IMG/VR virus record: IMGVR_UViG_2124908030_000007
Strand: one strand, 5' to 3'
Source of the DNA: an uncultured virus (IMG/VR IMGVR_UViG_2124908030_000007)
Taxonomy: Duplodnaviria; Heunggongvirae; Uroviricota; Caudoviricetes
DNA length: 41,030 nt
Positions 1 through 9,716 of this stretch are shown one piece after another. The notes under the pieces are model-generated. The model was given only the letters and a program-made list of their open reading frames with translations, did not search any database and had not been told where the DNA came from. Each line of letters begins with the position of its first letter. Within the stretch, counting starts at the first letter, position 1. Position numbers and translations under genes: made by a program.

Positions 1-1
1 A

Positions 2-1333
2 ATGAACGAACAAAACACATTCAATCCAGAAGAAGTACTTGACGAAGCAGAAGAAGAGTCAAGAGAGGTACAGAACAATGTTAGAGACGTGGCTAACTGG
101 TTCCACCAGAGGGAGGGACAAATGTTTACACGTTCTCAAGCAGTTGAACTTATTTCCGATAACTTTAGCTTAGATGACAATCTAACACAAAGAGTAATTG
201 GAAATCTTGTGGAAGACACAGTAGACCCCGTTATACAAGCGACTAGAGGTAGTGACAGGTTTGTAGGAGTTGTGGAATACGATGAGTACAATGGTGTCTA
301 CACATACTTAGATTATCACGACGTTTTCGGAAAACGTAAGCGTGCCGTGTGTGCTAAGTGTGTACAGGATGCTGTAGTTGACTCACAGGTAACACATGCT
401 ACTGAAAAAGATCCAAATGGGAGTTTCTCAAACGGTGTAGACTCTTACCAACCTTTGGTAGATGCTGTCCATCAACACTATCATCACTCTCATGATGTGG
501 TTCCTGACAATGTTGCTACAGGAGCAACACTCGCTTCAGGAACAACAATTGGTGGGAATACAGCGTATCATAGCGGGAACGAAAATCAAATCGACGCAGG
601 GAAAGTCGATGGACAGGATTACAGTGATATACAGAACTGGGTTAATAACAACGCTGACGTTCCGAATGCTGACTATGCCAACAACGCTGGCCAGCTTGAT
701 GGAAACGATTCCTCAGCGTTTGTAACAAACAGGTATAGTGACAGTGAAGCTCGATCAGCAGTTAATAATTCAAATATTGACATTGCTGGCGATGCTGACA
801 CTGTTGATGGAAAAGACGCTTCTGATTTTGCGGCAAAAAGAAATTCAGTTATTTGGTCGTCGGGTGACGGTAAGGCACGTTGGAAAAAACTGGACTCTCA
901 GTTCAATAATGCAGACTTTAATGAAGTAAATGGCGGTAATTTAGAAGTTAGAGCAGTTGATAATTCTGAAAATCGGGCAGTAGGAGCAGCTACACAATCA
1001 CAAATTGTCTGCCATAACTACAATACATTGTATATTGATATTGAAGATATTGATACTGTAACTAATGGTATCGCAACTGCTGGAATCTTATATGATGTTG
1101 TTAAAATTCAAGTTTATTACTCAGATCCTGATTTGCGTACAAAGACCACCAGAGGTGATTTAGATAAAGAGTTCAAATATATTGACGATAATGAAATTCC
1201 CCCAACACCTTCTACGATAAGCTTTGATATATCAAATATTGATGTAGTAAGACCTTACTTAGCAGTAAGAGACTACGAAGATTATGAAAAAGAACTAAGT
1301 TTAATAGAGTGGTCAAAAGTTTACATGTCATAA
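2..1333 (+). CDS. Tail fibre/receptor-binding protein, variant A (conserved N-terminal CxxC/His module plus variable C-terminus)
   Basis: Contains fibre motifs GNTAYHSGN, DAGKVDG, NAGQLDG and DADTVDG. N-terminus is homologous to 32782.., which follows a tail-fibre gene. Confidence 0.65.
   Translation: MNEQNTFNPEEVLDEAEEESREVQNNVRDVANWFHQREGQMFTRSQAVELISDNFSLDDNLTQRVIGNLVEDTVDPVIQATRGSDRFVGVVEYDEYNGVYTYLDYHDVFGKRKRAVCAKCVQDAVVDSQVTHATEKDPNGSFSNGVDSYQPLVDAVHQHYHHSHDVVPDNVATGATLASGTTIGGNTAYHSGNENQIDAGKVDGQDYSDIQNWVNNNADVPNADYANNAGQLDGNDSSAFVTNRYSDSEARSAVNNSNIDIAGDADTVDGKDASDFAAKRNSVIWSSGDGKARWKKLDSQFNNADFNEVNGGNLEVRAVDNSENRAVGAATQSQIVCHNYNTLYIDIEDIDTVTNGIATAGILYDVVKIQVYYSDPDLRTKTTRGDLDKEFKYIDDNEIPPTPSTISFDISNIDVVRPYLAVRDYEDYEKELSLIEWSKVYMS
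278..585 (+). repeat. Near-identical copy of 4230-4537
   Basis: 308 nt with 3 substitutions by manual alignment; the sequences diverge just after ENQIDAGKV. Confidence 0.9.
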
Positions 1334-1530
1334 CATAATTATGACAGAAAATTGTAAAAATTCAGAGACGACGACGTAACATCAGAGTAAAGGCACGATG
1401 GGAGTTAACAGGAACAGTACTCTCATTTATTACAGTAACNNNNNNNNNNNNNNNNNNNNATAAAAGAACAACTTGAAGAATATGCAGACCGTGAAATGAT
1501 GTGAGGAATAATTATATTTTTTAAAAATTA

Positions 1531-1547
1531 ACCGAAAGCTTTAAGTG
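1531..1547 (+). promoter_or_regulatory. Archaeal BRE+TATA promoter
   Basis: ACCGAAAGCTTTAAGTG; the same motif recurs in many intergenic regions. Confidence 0.65.
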
Positions 1548-1599
1548 CGTGGGACGTTTTTATGTAAATAGCGTTGAATAAGAGATATGACACACCTAC

Positions 1600-1890
1600 A
1601 TGCTACCAACAATATCACTCACCATCCTCTTATCAGGTATAAGTATATTTCTTGCTGGCCTCGTTTCAGGATGGCTTTATTCAAGAGAATCAACAACCTC
1701 CACCGAGACGAAGATGAAAATCGTAGTCGGAATGGTCATCACTCTCGGTTGGATTTCAGCAACAGCGGCAGGTATCTTCATCGCTGGATACACAGTTTCT
1801 CCAATGCTTCACGCATTGATGGGAGCAATAGTGGGCTACTTCTTCACGGACGATGGGATAAACCTGAACTTAGGGTCGAACAATGAGTAA
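1600..1890 (+). CDS. Small three-TM membrane protein (holin-like candidate)
   Basis: 96 aa with three hydrophobic stretches, downstream of a promoter. Confidence 0.6.
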   Translation: MLPTISLTILLSGISIFLAGLVSGWLYSRESTTSTETKMKIVVGMVITLGWISATAAGIFIAGYTVSPMLHALMGAIVGYFFTDDGINLNLGSNNE

Positions 1891-2374
1891 CGATATGAAT
1901 ATTCCTCGAATTATTATAATCCTTCTTTTCTCTATAACCTTCCTTCTCGTTGGATGGATAACACCAGTAGTGTACGCATCACAGATGCCTGCTGACTCGA
2001 TTGTGGACGTTCATGATTACGAGGCAGGCAATGCGACTGTTGACGATGAGTACCACAAAGTTTGTTTTGAACGTACTGTCCCGAACGAGTTAGTCACCGA
2101 TACAGTAACAGAGATGTACTTAGTTACAGAACACGGTGAACGAATAGAAGTAAACAGACAGACTTCGACAGAGTTGCTTGAAGAAGGTAACATTACTGTA
2201 GTGACTGAACGAGAATTACCAAATAACCTTCGTCCGGGTAAATACAGATACGTTACACTCATAGAAGTAGAACTCAGTAATGGTCGTGTTACTCGTACAA
2301 TAACTGTTGAATCAAACGAGTTCTACATTACGAACAGTACGGAAGAAAAAGACTACACAGAACCGAGGTGTTAA
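1883..2374 (+). CDS. Membrane-anchored or secreted beta-rich protein
   Basis: N-terminal hydrophobic segment then an acidic beta-strand-rich domain; overlaps the upstream ORF. Confidence 0.65.
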   Translation: MSNDMNIPRIIIILLFSITFLLVGWITPVVYASQMPADSIVDVHDYEAGNATVDDEYHKVCFERTVPNELVTDTVTEMYLVTEHGERIEVNRQTSTELLEEGNITVVTERELPNNLRPGKYRYVTLIEVELSNGRVTRTITVESNEFYITNSTEEKDYTEPRC

Positions 2375-2376
2375 TA

Positions 2377-2517
2377 ATGAAAGATAGTCACGTTGACTCA
2401 AAGTGTGAATCATGTGAGTCTGCTCTCGTACAACTGGACGGAGAATGGTTCTGTCCAGAGTGTGACGAGTCAGACGGATTCCACCTTACTCCACAAGAAA
2501 GCGATTTTGTCCTTTAA
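2377..2517 (+). CDS. Small zinc-finger protein (CxxC...CPxC)
   Basis: Manual translation MKDSHVDSKCESCESALVQLDGEWFCPECDESDGFHLTPQESDFVL*, typical of haloarchaeal Zn micro-proteins; below the ORF-track cutoff. Confidence 0.65.
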   Translation: MKDSHVDSKCESCESALVQLDGEWFCPECDESDGFHLTPQESDFVL

Positions 2518-2528
2518 GTACTCAAATA

Positions 2529-2774
2529 TTACGGTGATATTCTCATAGGACCATGATCTCTCCACCACTGTCCAGTGTATGGCATCCACTGTTCCAATTC
2601 GTTTCCAAGCCTATTTGTAAGTTCTCTTATCTCCCACTGACTATTAGCCTTTTGTCTAAGATTAAATAAGTGCATCATAGTTCTAGCATTCCCCGAGAAC
2701 GTCATGTTTACAGTCGTACCAAGTGGAAGGATGAACCGTGCGTCCTCTTTGGGAATGTCAGCCTCGACCATCTC
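2529..2774 (-). CDS. thyX: Flavin-dependent thymidylate synthase, C-terminal fragment (5' end lost in gap)
   Basis: IPKEDARFILPLG...GNARTMMHLFNLR...SQWEIR matches the ThyX C-terminal signature. Confidence 0.9.
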   Translation of the reverse strand, partial: EMVEADIPKEDARFILPLGTTVNMTFSGNARTMMHLFNLRQKANSQWEIRELTNRLGNELEQWMPYTGQWWRDHGPMRISP

Positions 2775-2794
2775 NNNNNNNNNNNNNNNNNNNN

Positions 2795-3414
2795 CTTTCT
2801 AGGTTGATGTGATGCACGTCTAAGTCAATGTTCTTCTCACTTATATGCTTTTCCCTACTAATACCACATGATTGACATTTCTTTTCATCTCGTTCAATAA
2901 CACGTTCTCTAATTGATGACCAATTATCTCCATACGGTTTGGTATATCCATCATTATGTTTTGGATGATCTTCACCTACCATATGCTCTGAACGCCACTT
3001 TCCATGACAAGTATCGTTACAGAAAAAGTTTTCACTCTGCTCAACTCTGTAGTTGTGTCTAACTAATTTATCCCCACACCAACTACAGGAAACTGTTTGT
3101 TTTTTGTTCATACAATTTTTACAAGTTTCAGAGGTTCCGTCAGGAAACTCTTTTTTCGCTCTGTATGGATATACCTCTCTAACTTCACCACACTGTAGAC
3201 ACTTTACCTCTACCTTTTCTTTTTTCTGAGGCTTATCATTATGTGGAACACCAGCCTTCTCACAAGCATTCGAAAATGATCCAAATTTATTATATACAGT
3301 TTTTCCAGAACAAAAGTCATCATCTTTATTAAATGTAGTTCTGTTTACATATCCATGTTTGTTGTAACATTTTTGTACCTCTTCTATTAATTCTTTTTTG
3401 TCTACTTTCCTCAT
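2795..3414 (-). CDS. HNH endonuclease with Zn-ribbon repeats (3' end lost in gap)
   Basis: W...RERVIERD..CQSCG...LDVHHI HNH core, several CxxC motifs, and an N-terminal segment resembling the homing-endonuclease-associated repeat (YNKFGSFSNACEKAG). Confidence 0.85.
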
Positions 3415-3585
3415 TTGTCTATGTGTGTATAGAATGTGTAGGTACTTAAAGCTTTTGGTGTCAGTAATTGTTACCGTAAACAGACGATACAGGCTCTCTA
3501 TCTACGGATTTGTTCTTTTTATGTTCCGACACATATACTATTTAGTACCCGTAACACTTATTAGCATCGCTGACTATTAGTTCAT

Positions 3586-4101
3586 ATGGTACTCTCAGAT
3601 CGAGACATCATCAGTCGTGTAGAGCAGGGGGATTTAACAATTACTCCATATGAACGAGATAATGTCGAACCAGCATCAGTCGATCTTCGTCTCGGAAGTG
3701 ACTTTAAGGTCGCTCAAAGATACAGAGAAGACGAAATTGACTGGAAAGAAGTAGCCGAAAGAGCGGTTCTTTATCCAGAAGATTTTGTTCTTGCCACAAC
3801 CAAAGAACGAATAGAGTTGCCTGAAATGTTGGCAGCACGAGTCGTTGGACGGTCATCTCTCGGACGACTTGGAATTAGCGTTCACCAAACGGCAGGATAC
3901 GTTGACCCCGGATTCGAGGGACAGATTACTCTCGAATTAACGAATCACTCCCCACGACCGTTTGAACTTGAACAAGGACAGCGAATCTGTCAAATTGTAT
4001 TCGAGCGTCTAAGCATCCCGCCGAGACAAACGTATGGACACGAAGGTTCACAGTATCAAGACCAGTCAGGTGCTACTGAAAGTGGTATGGATTTTGAATA
4101 A
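3586..4101 (+). CDS. dcd: dCTP deaminase
   Basis: MVLSDRDI, PASVDLRLG, GRSSLGRLG, AGYVDPGFEGQITLEL, RICQI, YQDQ motifs. Confidence 0.95.
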   Translation: MVLSDRDIISRVEQGDLTITPYERDNVEPASVDLRLGSDFKVAQRYREDEIDWKEVAERAVLYPEDFVLATTKERIELPEMLAARVVGRSSLGRLGISVHQTAGYVDPGFEGQITLELTNHSPRPFELEQGQRICQIVFERLSIPPRQTYGHEGSQYQDQSGATESGMDFE

Positions 4102-4229
4102 CCATGACACCCAAAGGTTTAAGTGGTTATAGCGACTATACTAATATCCCGAAACTAACTCAACAATGAGTCTTACACAAGAAACACAGCAGGACATTTT
4201 CGAGGAGCGNNNNNNNNNNNNNNNNNNNN

Positions 4230-4709
4230 TACAATGAGTACAATGGTGTCTACACATACTTAGATTATCACGACGTTTTCGGAAAACGTAAGCGTGCTGT
4301 GTGTGCTAAGTGTGTACAGGATGCTGTAGTTGACTCACAGGTAACACATGCTACTGAAAAAGATCCAAATGGGAGTTTCTCAAACGGTGTAGACTCTTAC
4401 GAACCTTTGGTAGATGCTGTCCATCAACACTATCATCACTCTCATGATGTGGTTCCTGACAATGTTGCTACAGGAGCAACACTCGCTTCAGGAACAACAA
4501 TTGGTGGGAATACAGCGTATCATAGCGGGAACGAAAACCAAATTGATGCAGGTAAAGTCGGTGGTGTTCAAGAATCTAATCTCGCAAACGAAGCAGTCGG
4601 TGTTGAACAGCCTGTGTATTCAAGCAAATCTAACGTGCCGGGTGGCATTACGAAAGGAGAAACAGTGTTCATAGACGGAGAAGGACTCTACATCGAGGAC
4701 GGTACATAA
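4230..4709 (+). CDS. Tail fibre protein variant B (5'-partial, short C-terminus)
   Basis: About 99% identical to 278-585, then a different roughly 50-aa C-terminus. Confidence 0.7.
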   Translation, partial: YNEYNGVYTYLDYHDVFGKRKRAVCAKCVQDAVVDSQVTHATEKDPNGSFSNGVDSYEPLVDAVHQHYHHSHDVVPDNVATGATLASGTTIGGNTAYHSGNENQIDAGKVGGVQESNLANEAVGVEQPVYSSKSNVPGGITKGETVFIDGEGLYIEDGT

Positions 4710-4711
4710 TC

Positions 4712-5285
4712 ATGGTACTCAAAAAAGTCGGAAGGACACTTGAAGACGCATATCTGACTGATGAGGAAACGGTATATGTAGATAACGAAGATGGGTTTTT
4801 AGATATTATTCAAGATAGCACAAAAAGAAGTCAACTTCTAAATTCTCCTGTCGCGCTTACGCTATTCGCAAACTCCCCAACTGCTCGGACAGACCTGCTT
4901 GATAACAGCGCAGCCAGAGACGATATTATATTTGATAACGACGGACAAGAGTTTACGAATTATCCTAAATTGTTAAAGGGCATCGACACGCTTGTTATCC
5001 AAGATATATCTGTTAACAGATTAGCTTTCAAAAACATCATTCAATCTGACGCCAGTCAGTATATAGAGCAAAATGACAACTTGTTCTCTAATGAAATCAT
5101 CACCGCTGATACACTCAACATCAAAGACAACGGCGATATTGTAGTATATATTAATTCAGACACGACGGTCGTAAACCGCACCGGGTTTGACTTGCCAGCA
5201 ACTGCCACGATTGACGGTGCTGGTGGTGGTGGCGGTGGTGGTGGAGACTACGACAACGATGGCGATATAAAAGACTATGGTGAAG
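4712..5285 (+). CDS. Putative glycine-rich adhesin (3'-partial)
   Basis: Directly follows fibre variant B and contains GAGGGGGGGG, as in glycine-rich tip adhesins. The ORF-track fusion to the tape measure crosses an N-gap. Confidence 0.5.
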
Positions 5286-5305
5286 NNNNNNNNNNNNNNN
5301 NNNNN

Positions 5306-6853
5306 CGGAGTCTCTCTGTTAACATTGGACCGTTCAATCTGGCTCTTAAGAACTTCCTGACACAAGTGCCAGCAATTCTGACGGGTATTGGTTCAATGAT
5401 TGCTGTTATTGGATCACTTATTACAGCGTTTATCACACTTGGTGCTGTTTCTGGAGCAGTACTTGCTGGTGGAGCATTAGCGTTCTTCCAAGAAGCTAGT
5501 AACGACTTTGAAGATACACAGGAGGCAGTCGAGCAATTAACATCTGCTCTAAGAGATCTATTCTTAGAAGCAGTTCAACCACTGATGACTGACGCTAATG
5601 TGGATCTATTTATTTCTACAATTAACTCTGCTGCTGACGTTCTTAATAGATTTTCTCAATTTGCTCAAATGATGAGAGGTACTGTTCTTGATGCTCTCGG
5701 TGACGTTGAAGCAGACGTAGACAGAGTTTTCACAGCATTACGATTTGCCTTTGTTGAGCTTGAGCCAGTTATTATTGGAATAATTAACTTCTTGGTAAGA
5801 GATCTTCCCGCAATTATAGTAAGATTGTCAAAACTAACAAAAGAACTTAGTGATGAACTTACACTTCTCATATTTGTATTTGGTTCACTATTAAGTCAGC
5901 TTCTTGATTTTTCAACCACACTACTTGCTGGATTAACACCGGCAATAGTTGTTCTAGTCGAAGTTCTTATGACACTATTCTCAATAGTTAACTTCATTCC
6001 TTCTGAAATAATATCCTTCGCTATTGCTACTGCTATTCTTGGAATAGCAGCAGTGAAGGCAGCAACGTCAATGGCTGGATTAGGAGTAGCCTTGCTTAAT
6101 GTTCGAAATAGTATGATCGTACAACTCGGAGCAGGAACACTGCTAACAAGAATGTACTCAACACTTATTGTAGCAGCACAAACGTACACTGCTGGACAAA
6201 CATCACTAGCTGGAGCAGTAGCGTTCGCATCAAAGATGTTATACGCTCAAGCAAAAAGCTTCATTGTTAACTCAGGAGCAGCAATCAAAAATACTCTAGC
6301 AATTGGTGTAGTTACTACTGCATTAGGTAATCTTAGTAAGGCACTTGGTCTATCAAGTATTTCTCTAACAACCCAAGCAGGAGCATATACTGTATCAAGT
6401 GTTGCCGCAGGACTGTACGCAGCTGCAACATCAGCAGCGGCAGGTGCTACCACTATCTTGGCAGGAGCTATCCATTCACTGTTAGCACCACTGTATGGGA
6501 CTGTTGGAGCAATAGCTCTCGTACTCGCTGGACTTGTAGCACTAGTTGGTTTCTTAATTGATACTCCTGTTTTCAAACCACTTATAAACAGCGCAAAGAA
6601 AGCAATAAATGTAGTCAAAAGACTACTTTCCTTCCTGAATCCGTTCTCAGGAATCGGTGGAGCAATGAGCATGGACCCAAGTATTGAAGATATTCAAACA
6701 AATTCAAAAGTTGACCTTAGTTTCGAAGAAAACATGGAACAAAAAGTTGACGTTCAGGCTGATCCTGAAGAAAAGGCACAACTTAACAGAATTACGAAAG
6801 ACGCAATCGAAGAAGCAAACTCCTTCGCTCGTCAAAGACAAGGTACACAATAA
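5306..6853 (+). CDS. Tape measure protein, C-terminal part, copy A
   Basis: Ala/Gly/Leu-rich amphipathic and hydrophobic helices; precedes the tube-initiator gene; homologous to 25489-27049. Confidence 0.8.
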   Translation, partial: RSLSVNIGPFNLALKNFLTQVPAILTGIGSMIAVIGSLITAFITLGAVSGAVLAGGALAFFQEASNDFEDTQEAVEQLTSALRDLFLEAVQPLMTDANVDLFISTINSAADVLNRFSQFAQMMRGTVLDALGDVEADVDRVFTALRFAFVELEPVIIGIINFLVRDLPAIIVRLSKLTKELSDELTLLIFVFGSLLSQLLDFSTTLLAGLTPAIVVLVEVLMTLFSIVNFIPSEIISFAIATAILGIAAVKAATSMAGLGVALLNVRNSMIVQLGAGTLLTRMYSTLIVAAQTYTAGQTSLAGAVAFASKMLYAQAKSFIVNSGAAIKNTLAIGVVTTALGNLSKALGLSSISLTTQAGAYTVSSVAAGLYAAATSAAAGATTILAGAIHSLLAPLYGTVGAIALVLAGLVALVGFLIDTPVFKPLINSAKKAINVVKRLLSFLNPFSGIGGAMSMDPSIEDIQTNSKVDLSFEENMEQKVDVQADPEEKAQLNRITKDAIEEANSFARQRQGTQ

Positions 6854-7131
6854 TGCCAATAGAAAACGCATATCAAGATAATCACGTATCGTTCGAGATC
6901 GCCAACATTGAATGGGACGAAGATTACGATCCTACGTTCAGTGGTGACATTGAATTTGAATACAAATCGCCAGCAATCTCGGTTGACACATCTGGTCGAT
7001 TTAAACACACGAAATTATTGGTGGGACAACTGTGAGGCAAAGATTGGAGATGATCCATTGAGTAGTGTTAACGGAGTTTGTAAAGAAAGTACAGCAAGAA
7101 TAGATGAGCTACGTATGCTTCGTATGGTGTA
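6853..7131 (+). CDS. Tail tube initiator-like protein, copy A (partial, indels at contig end)
   Basis: Near-identical to 27049-27495 but with homopolymer deletions. Confidence 0.65.
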
Positions 7132-7151
7132 NNNNNNNNNNNNNNNNNNNN

Positions 7152-9716
7152 CCGAGTTTAGTTGCTTCTTTATCGAGTGTTCTCGGGTCTGATTCGTCTG
7201 TTCTAGCGAACGATTCGCCGCTACTCTCACAAAGTAGTACGAATACGTTTGGGGCAGTAGACACGACTTCGACATTCGACCAGCCACAGACCACATCGGC
7301 GAACACGTCGTCTGACACGTCTAATCAAACGACACTTGCTGATGACACAAGTACAATTGTTGACAGTATAGCAAGTCTTCTTCAGTCAGTAGAGAATAGT
7401 GACGTTATCGACATTCCGACAAAGATTTCGATTCAGTCGGCTCTACTCACAGCAGATGAGGTGGCCTCTGTTGGTGACAGTTCATCTCTATCTGCTTCTG
7501 CTGGAACGATCACGTTTGGTGTAGAAACGTCTAGAACGTCAGAGAGCGCGGTTCTCTCGGCTTCTTCGACAGACATTGACACGTCTGTTGGATTGGCTGA
7601 TACGACTGCTAACTCTACAGAGTCTCCGTCACTGTCTTCTACAAACCCGTCTTCTAATGATTCGACTAGTACGTCGTCAGCTAATGCTAGTACGATTAAT
7701 CCGTTAACGTCTTTGAATACTCTCACTTCACCAAGTGAAAAATCTTTGTCAAAAGAGACAGCATCACTTACAGGAGCTAGTGTACTATCAGAAAGTTCGT
7801 TAGAGTTTACATTTAAATCAGTTTCACCTGCTAGGGTACAAGCTCAGTCAAGTATCTTAGTAGGAGATGAAAGTATTGAAGTGAGTGAGTCTCCTGATCC
7901 GGTAGTAGCGACTGTTTCTACAAAGAGTACAAACGACACTTCTTCCGCCAGTGATAATCCTCCAATCTTAACACCGTCTGTTAGTGCTGCTCTTGATTCT
8001 GTGAGTGTTTCTTCTGCTTTGCCCACAGTTCAATTAGTTAACACAAATTCATTAGTGAAGGTGTCAGAACAATCTTCAACAGTGACAGAAATAGCAGAAG
8101 TCTCATCATCAGAAACATCATCACGTAATTCTAATACTATTAGTTTAGGAATTACTGATGGTAATGAGTCACAAATATCTGCTTCTTCAAACAGTATAGC
8201 AGCAGTAACGAAAGCAGTTGCTGGAACAAATGTTGTTGAGAAGGCTATTTCTTCTCTTGCTCCAACTTTGGAAGCATCTGTCACAACTCTTGTAAATGAT
8301 GTTTCAGCATTGTCGAGTGCTTCTTCAAAGACCGAGCAAGCAACAAACACGTCTTCATCTGTTGATTTCAGTTCAACAGTTGACTCTATTACATCATCAC
8401 TCTCTTCAGAAAATATCGGATCATCTACTGAAGAAGGAAAAATAGTCGATAGAAGTAGTAGCTCTTTCTCTTCTGATGAACAAACATCTGCTACAGAAGA
8501 GAGTGTTGTAACGAACGCTAACTCGTCTGGATTAATTTCAGATGAATTATCAGAGGCTGTTAGCAATTTGGTCAACACAACGTCTTCTACTTCTGACTCG
8601 ACACAAGCGGTGTCTAACTCATCTGCTAACACTGCCTCTGATATTGTGTTGGCGTTCTCGACAGCGTTCTCATCTATTGAACAATCAGCAGCAGAAGACG
8701 TGTCAGTTGTGACTAATTCATTCTCTGGACTACTCACGTCAGATCAACAAACGTCTGTTTCTGACGATTCTATTCTAACAGATTCTATTAGTACTCCACT
8801 TTCTTCGACAGAACTTTCATTTGTTGGAGATAGTTCTTCTCTATCGACGAGTATATCGCCTACTGGTGTCGGTTTCGAGACAGCAACGTCATCTGAAAGT
8901 GCGACTGTAATAGGGTCAACTACAGTGATCAGTCCGAGTCTAGGAACATCTCTTGAACAGTCAACAGCATTTGATACTCCGTCAAAGTCTAACGCTTCTT
9001 TGATTATAGAAGATTCAATTGAACAAGCGTTGGCAACTGATTCAGTTGACATTGTAACAACTCAATCGAGTACACGTAGTGCTTCGTCAACGTCTATAGC
9101 TACTTCTAGCAACGACAAAGTACTATCTTCTACTACGAATGTATTCTCTTCTCAAGAGAAAGGAGTAGCGAACGTTGTAGGAAGAGAAGTGGTACAATCT
9201 ACTGTAAGCGTTTTCCCTACAGAAGAATCTGCTCTTGCTGTTGAGAATCCTAATACAACCAGTAGTACGACAAATAGCATAGAGTCTATTGAGGATGCTG
9301 GTGTAGTTGATGAAGCAGTAATACTACAGTCTACTGCGAAAGATATTACACCTGATGCTTTCACGTCAGCAGTATCAGAGAACAGTATTTCTACAGCTAT
9401 CTCAACAAGTAGAACTACGTCTGAATCGATACGTATTCTAGCGGATCCTGTTAAATCAGATGGTGAAACACTACAGTCTATCTCAGAGGGAATAGCGACA
9501 ATAGACGTTAGTGTTGTTAGTTCAGCAACAGAAGTTATCAATTCAGATGATGAATTTACTTCTGTCACGGACGACCCCCTTGAGGTTAGTATCCCTGCCA
9601 ACACAATAGACAATGAAGTGACACGAGTTACATACTCGATTGGACGGAGGAGTACAGAGGCTAAGACGAAAGCAGTTACAAGTGACAACAAAAACAGAAG
9701 CGATATAATAGATTAA
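7152..9716 (+). CDS. Large Ser/Thr-rich low-complexity virion protein (5'-partial)
   Basis: Open frame of about 855 aa dominated by S/T with degenerate repeats (VGDSSSLS twice); coupled to the next gene by a TAATG overlap. Confidence 0.7.
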   Translation, partial: PSLVASLSSVLGSDSSVLANDSPLLSQSSTNTFGAVDTTSTFDQPQTTSANTSSDTSNQTTLADDTSTIVDSIASLLQSVENSDVIDIPTKISIQSALLTADEVASVGDSSSLSASAGTITFGVETSRTSESAVLSASSTDIDTSVGLADTTANSTESPSLSSTNPSSNDSTSTSSANASTINPLTSLNTLTSPSEKSLSKETASLTGASVLSESSLEFTFKSVSPARVQAQSSILVGDESIEVSESPDPVVATVSTKSTNDTSSASDNPPILTPSVSAALDSVSVSSALPTVQLVNTNSLVKVSEQSSTVTEIAEVSSSETSSRNSNTISLGITDGNESQISASSNSIAAVTKAVAGTNVVEKAISSLAPTLEASVTTLVNDVSALSSASSKTEQATNTSSSVDFSSTVDSITSSLSSENIGSSTEEGKIVDRSSSSFSSDEQTSATEESVVTNANSSGLISDELSEAVSNLVNTTSSTSDSTQAVSNSSANTASDIVLAFSTAFSSIEQSAAEDVSVVTNSFSGLLTSDQQTSVSDDSILTDSISTPLSSTELSFVGDSSSLSTSISPTGVGFETATSSESATVIGSTTVISPSLGTSLEQSTAFDTPSKSNASLIIEDSIEQALATDSVDIVTTQSSTRSASSTSIATSSNDKVLSSTTNVFSSQEKGVANVVGREVVQSTVSVFPTEESALAVENPNTTSSTTNSIESIEDAGVVDEAVILQSTAKDITPDAFTSAVSENSISTAISTSRTTSESIRILADPVKSDGETLQSISEGIATIDVSVVSSATEVINSDDEFTSVTDDPLEVSIPANTIDNEVTRVTYSIGRRSTEAKTKAVTSDNKNRSDIID

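Noticed and set aside
3461..3534. Tiny minus-strand ORFs between the HNH gene and dcd
   Set aside because: Only 10-23 codons and no recognisable motif; cannot be supported.
4166..4209. ORF start MSLTQETQQDIFEE, possibly ribonucleotide reductase
   Set aside because: Only about 14 codons before the gap, too little to assign.
278..4537. Diversity-generating retroelement template/variable repeat pair
   Set aside because: Only 3 differences, not consistently adenine-specific; the repeat covers the constant region; no reverse transcriptase is seen.
4712..6853. Apparent 713-aa adhesin-tape measure fusion in the ORF track
   Set aside because: It reads through the N-gap at 5286-5305 and joins two unrelated contigs.
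6990..7131. Frameshifts in tube-initiator copy A suggesting a pseudogene or programmed frameshift
   Set aside because: Multiple homopolymer deletions cluster at the contig end relative to intact copy B, typical of low-quality read ends.
7433..9691. Long antisense ORFs opposite the Ser/Thr-rich gene and other structural genes
   Set aside because: Shadow ORFs caused by codon bias; no recognisable motifs or expression signals.
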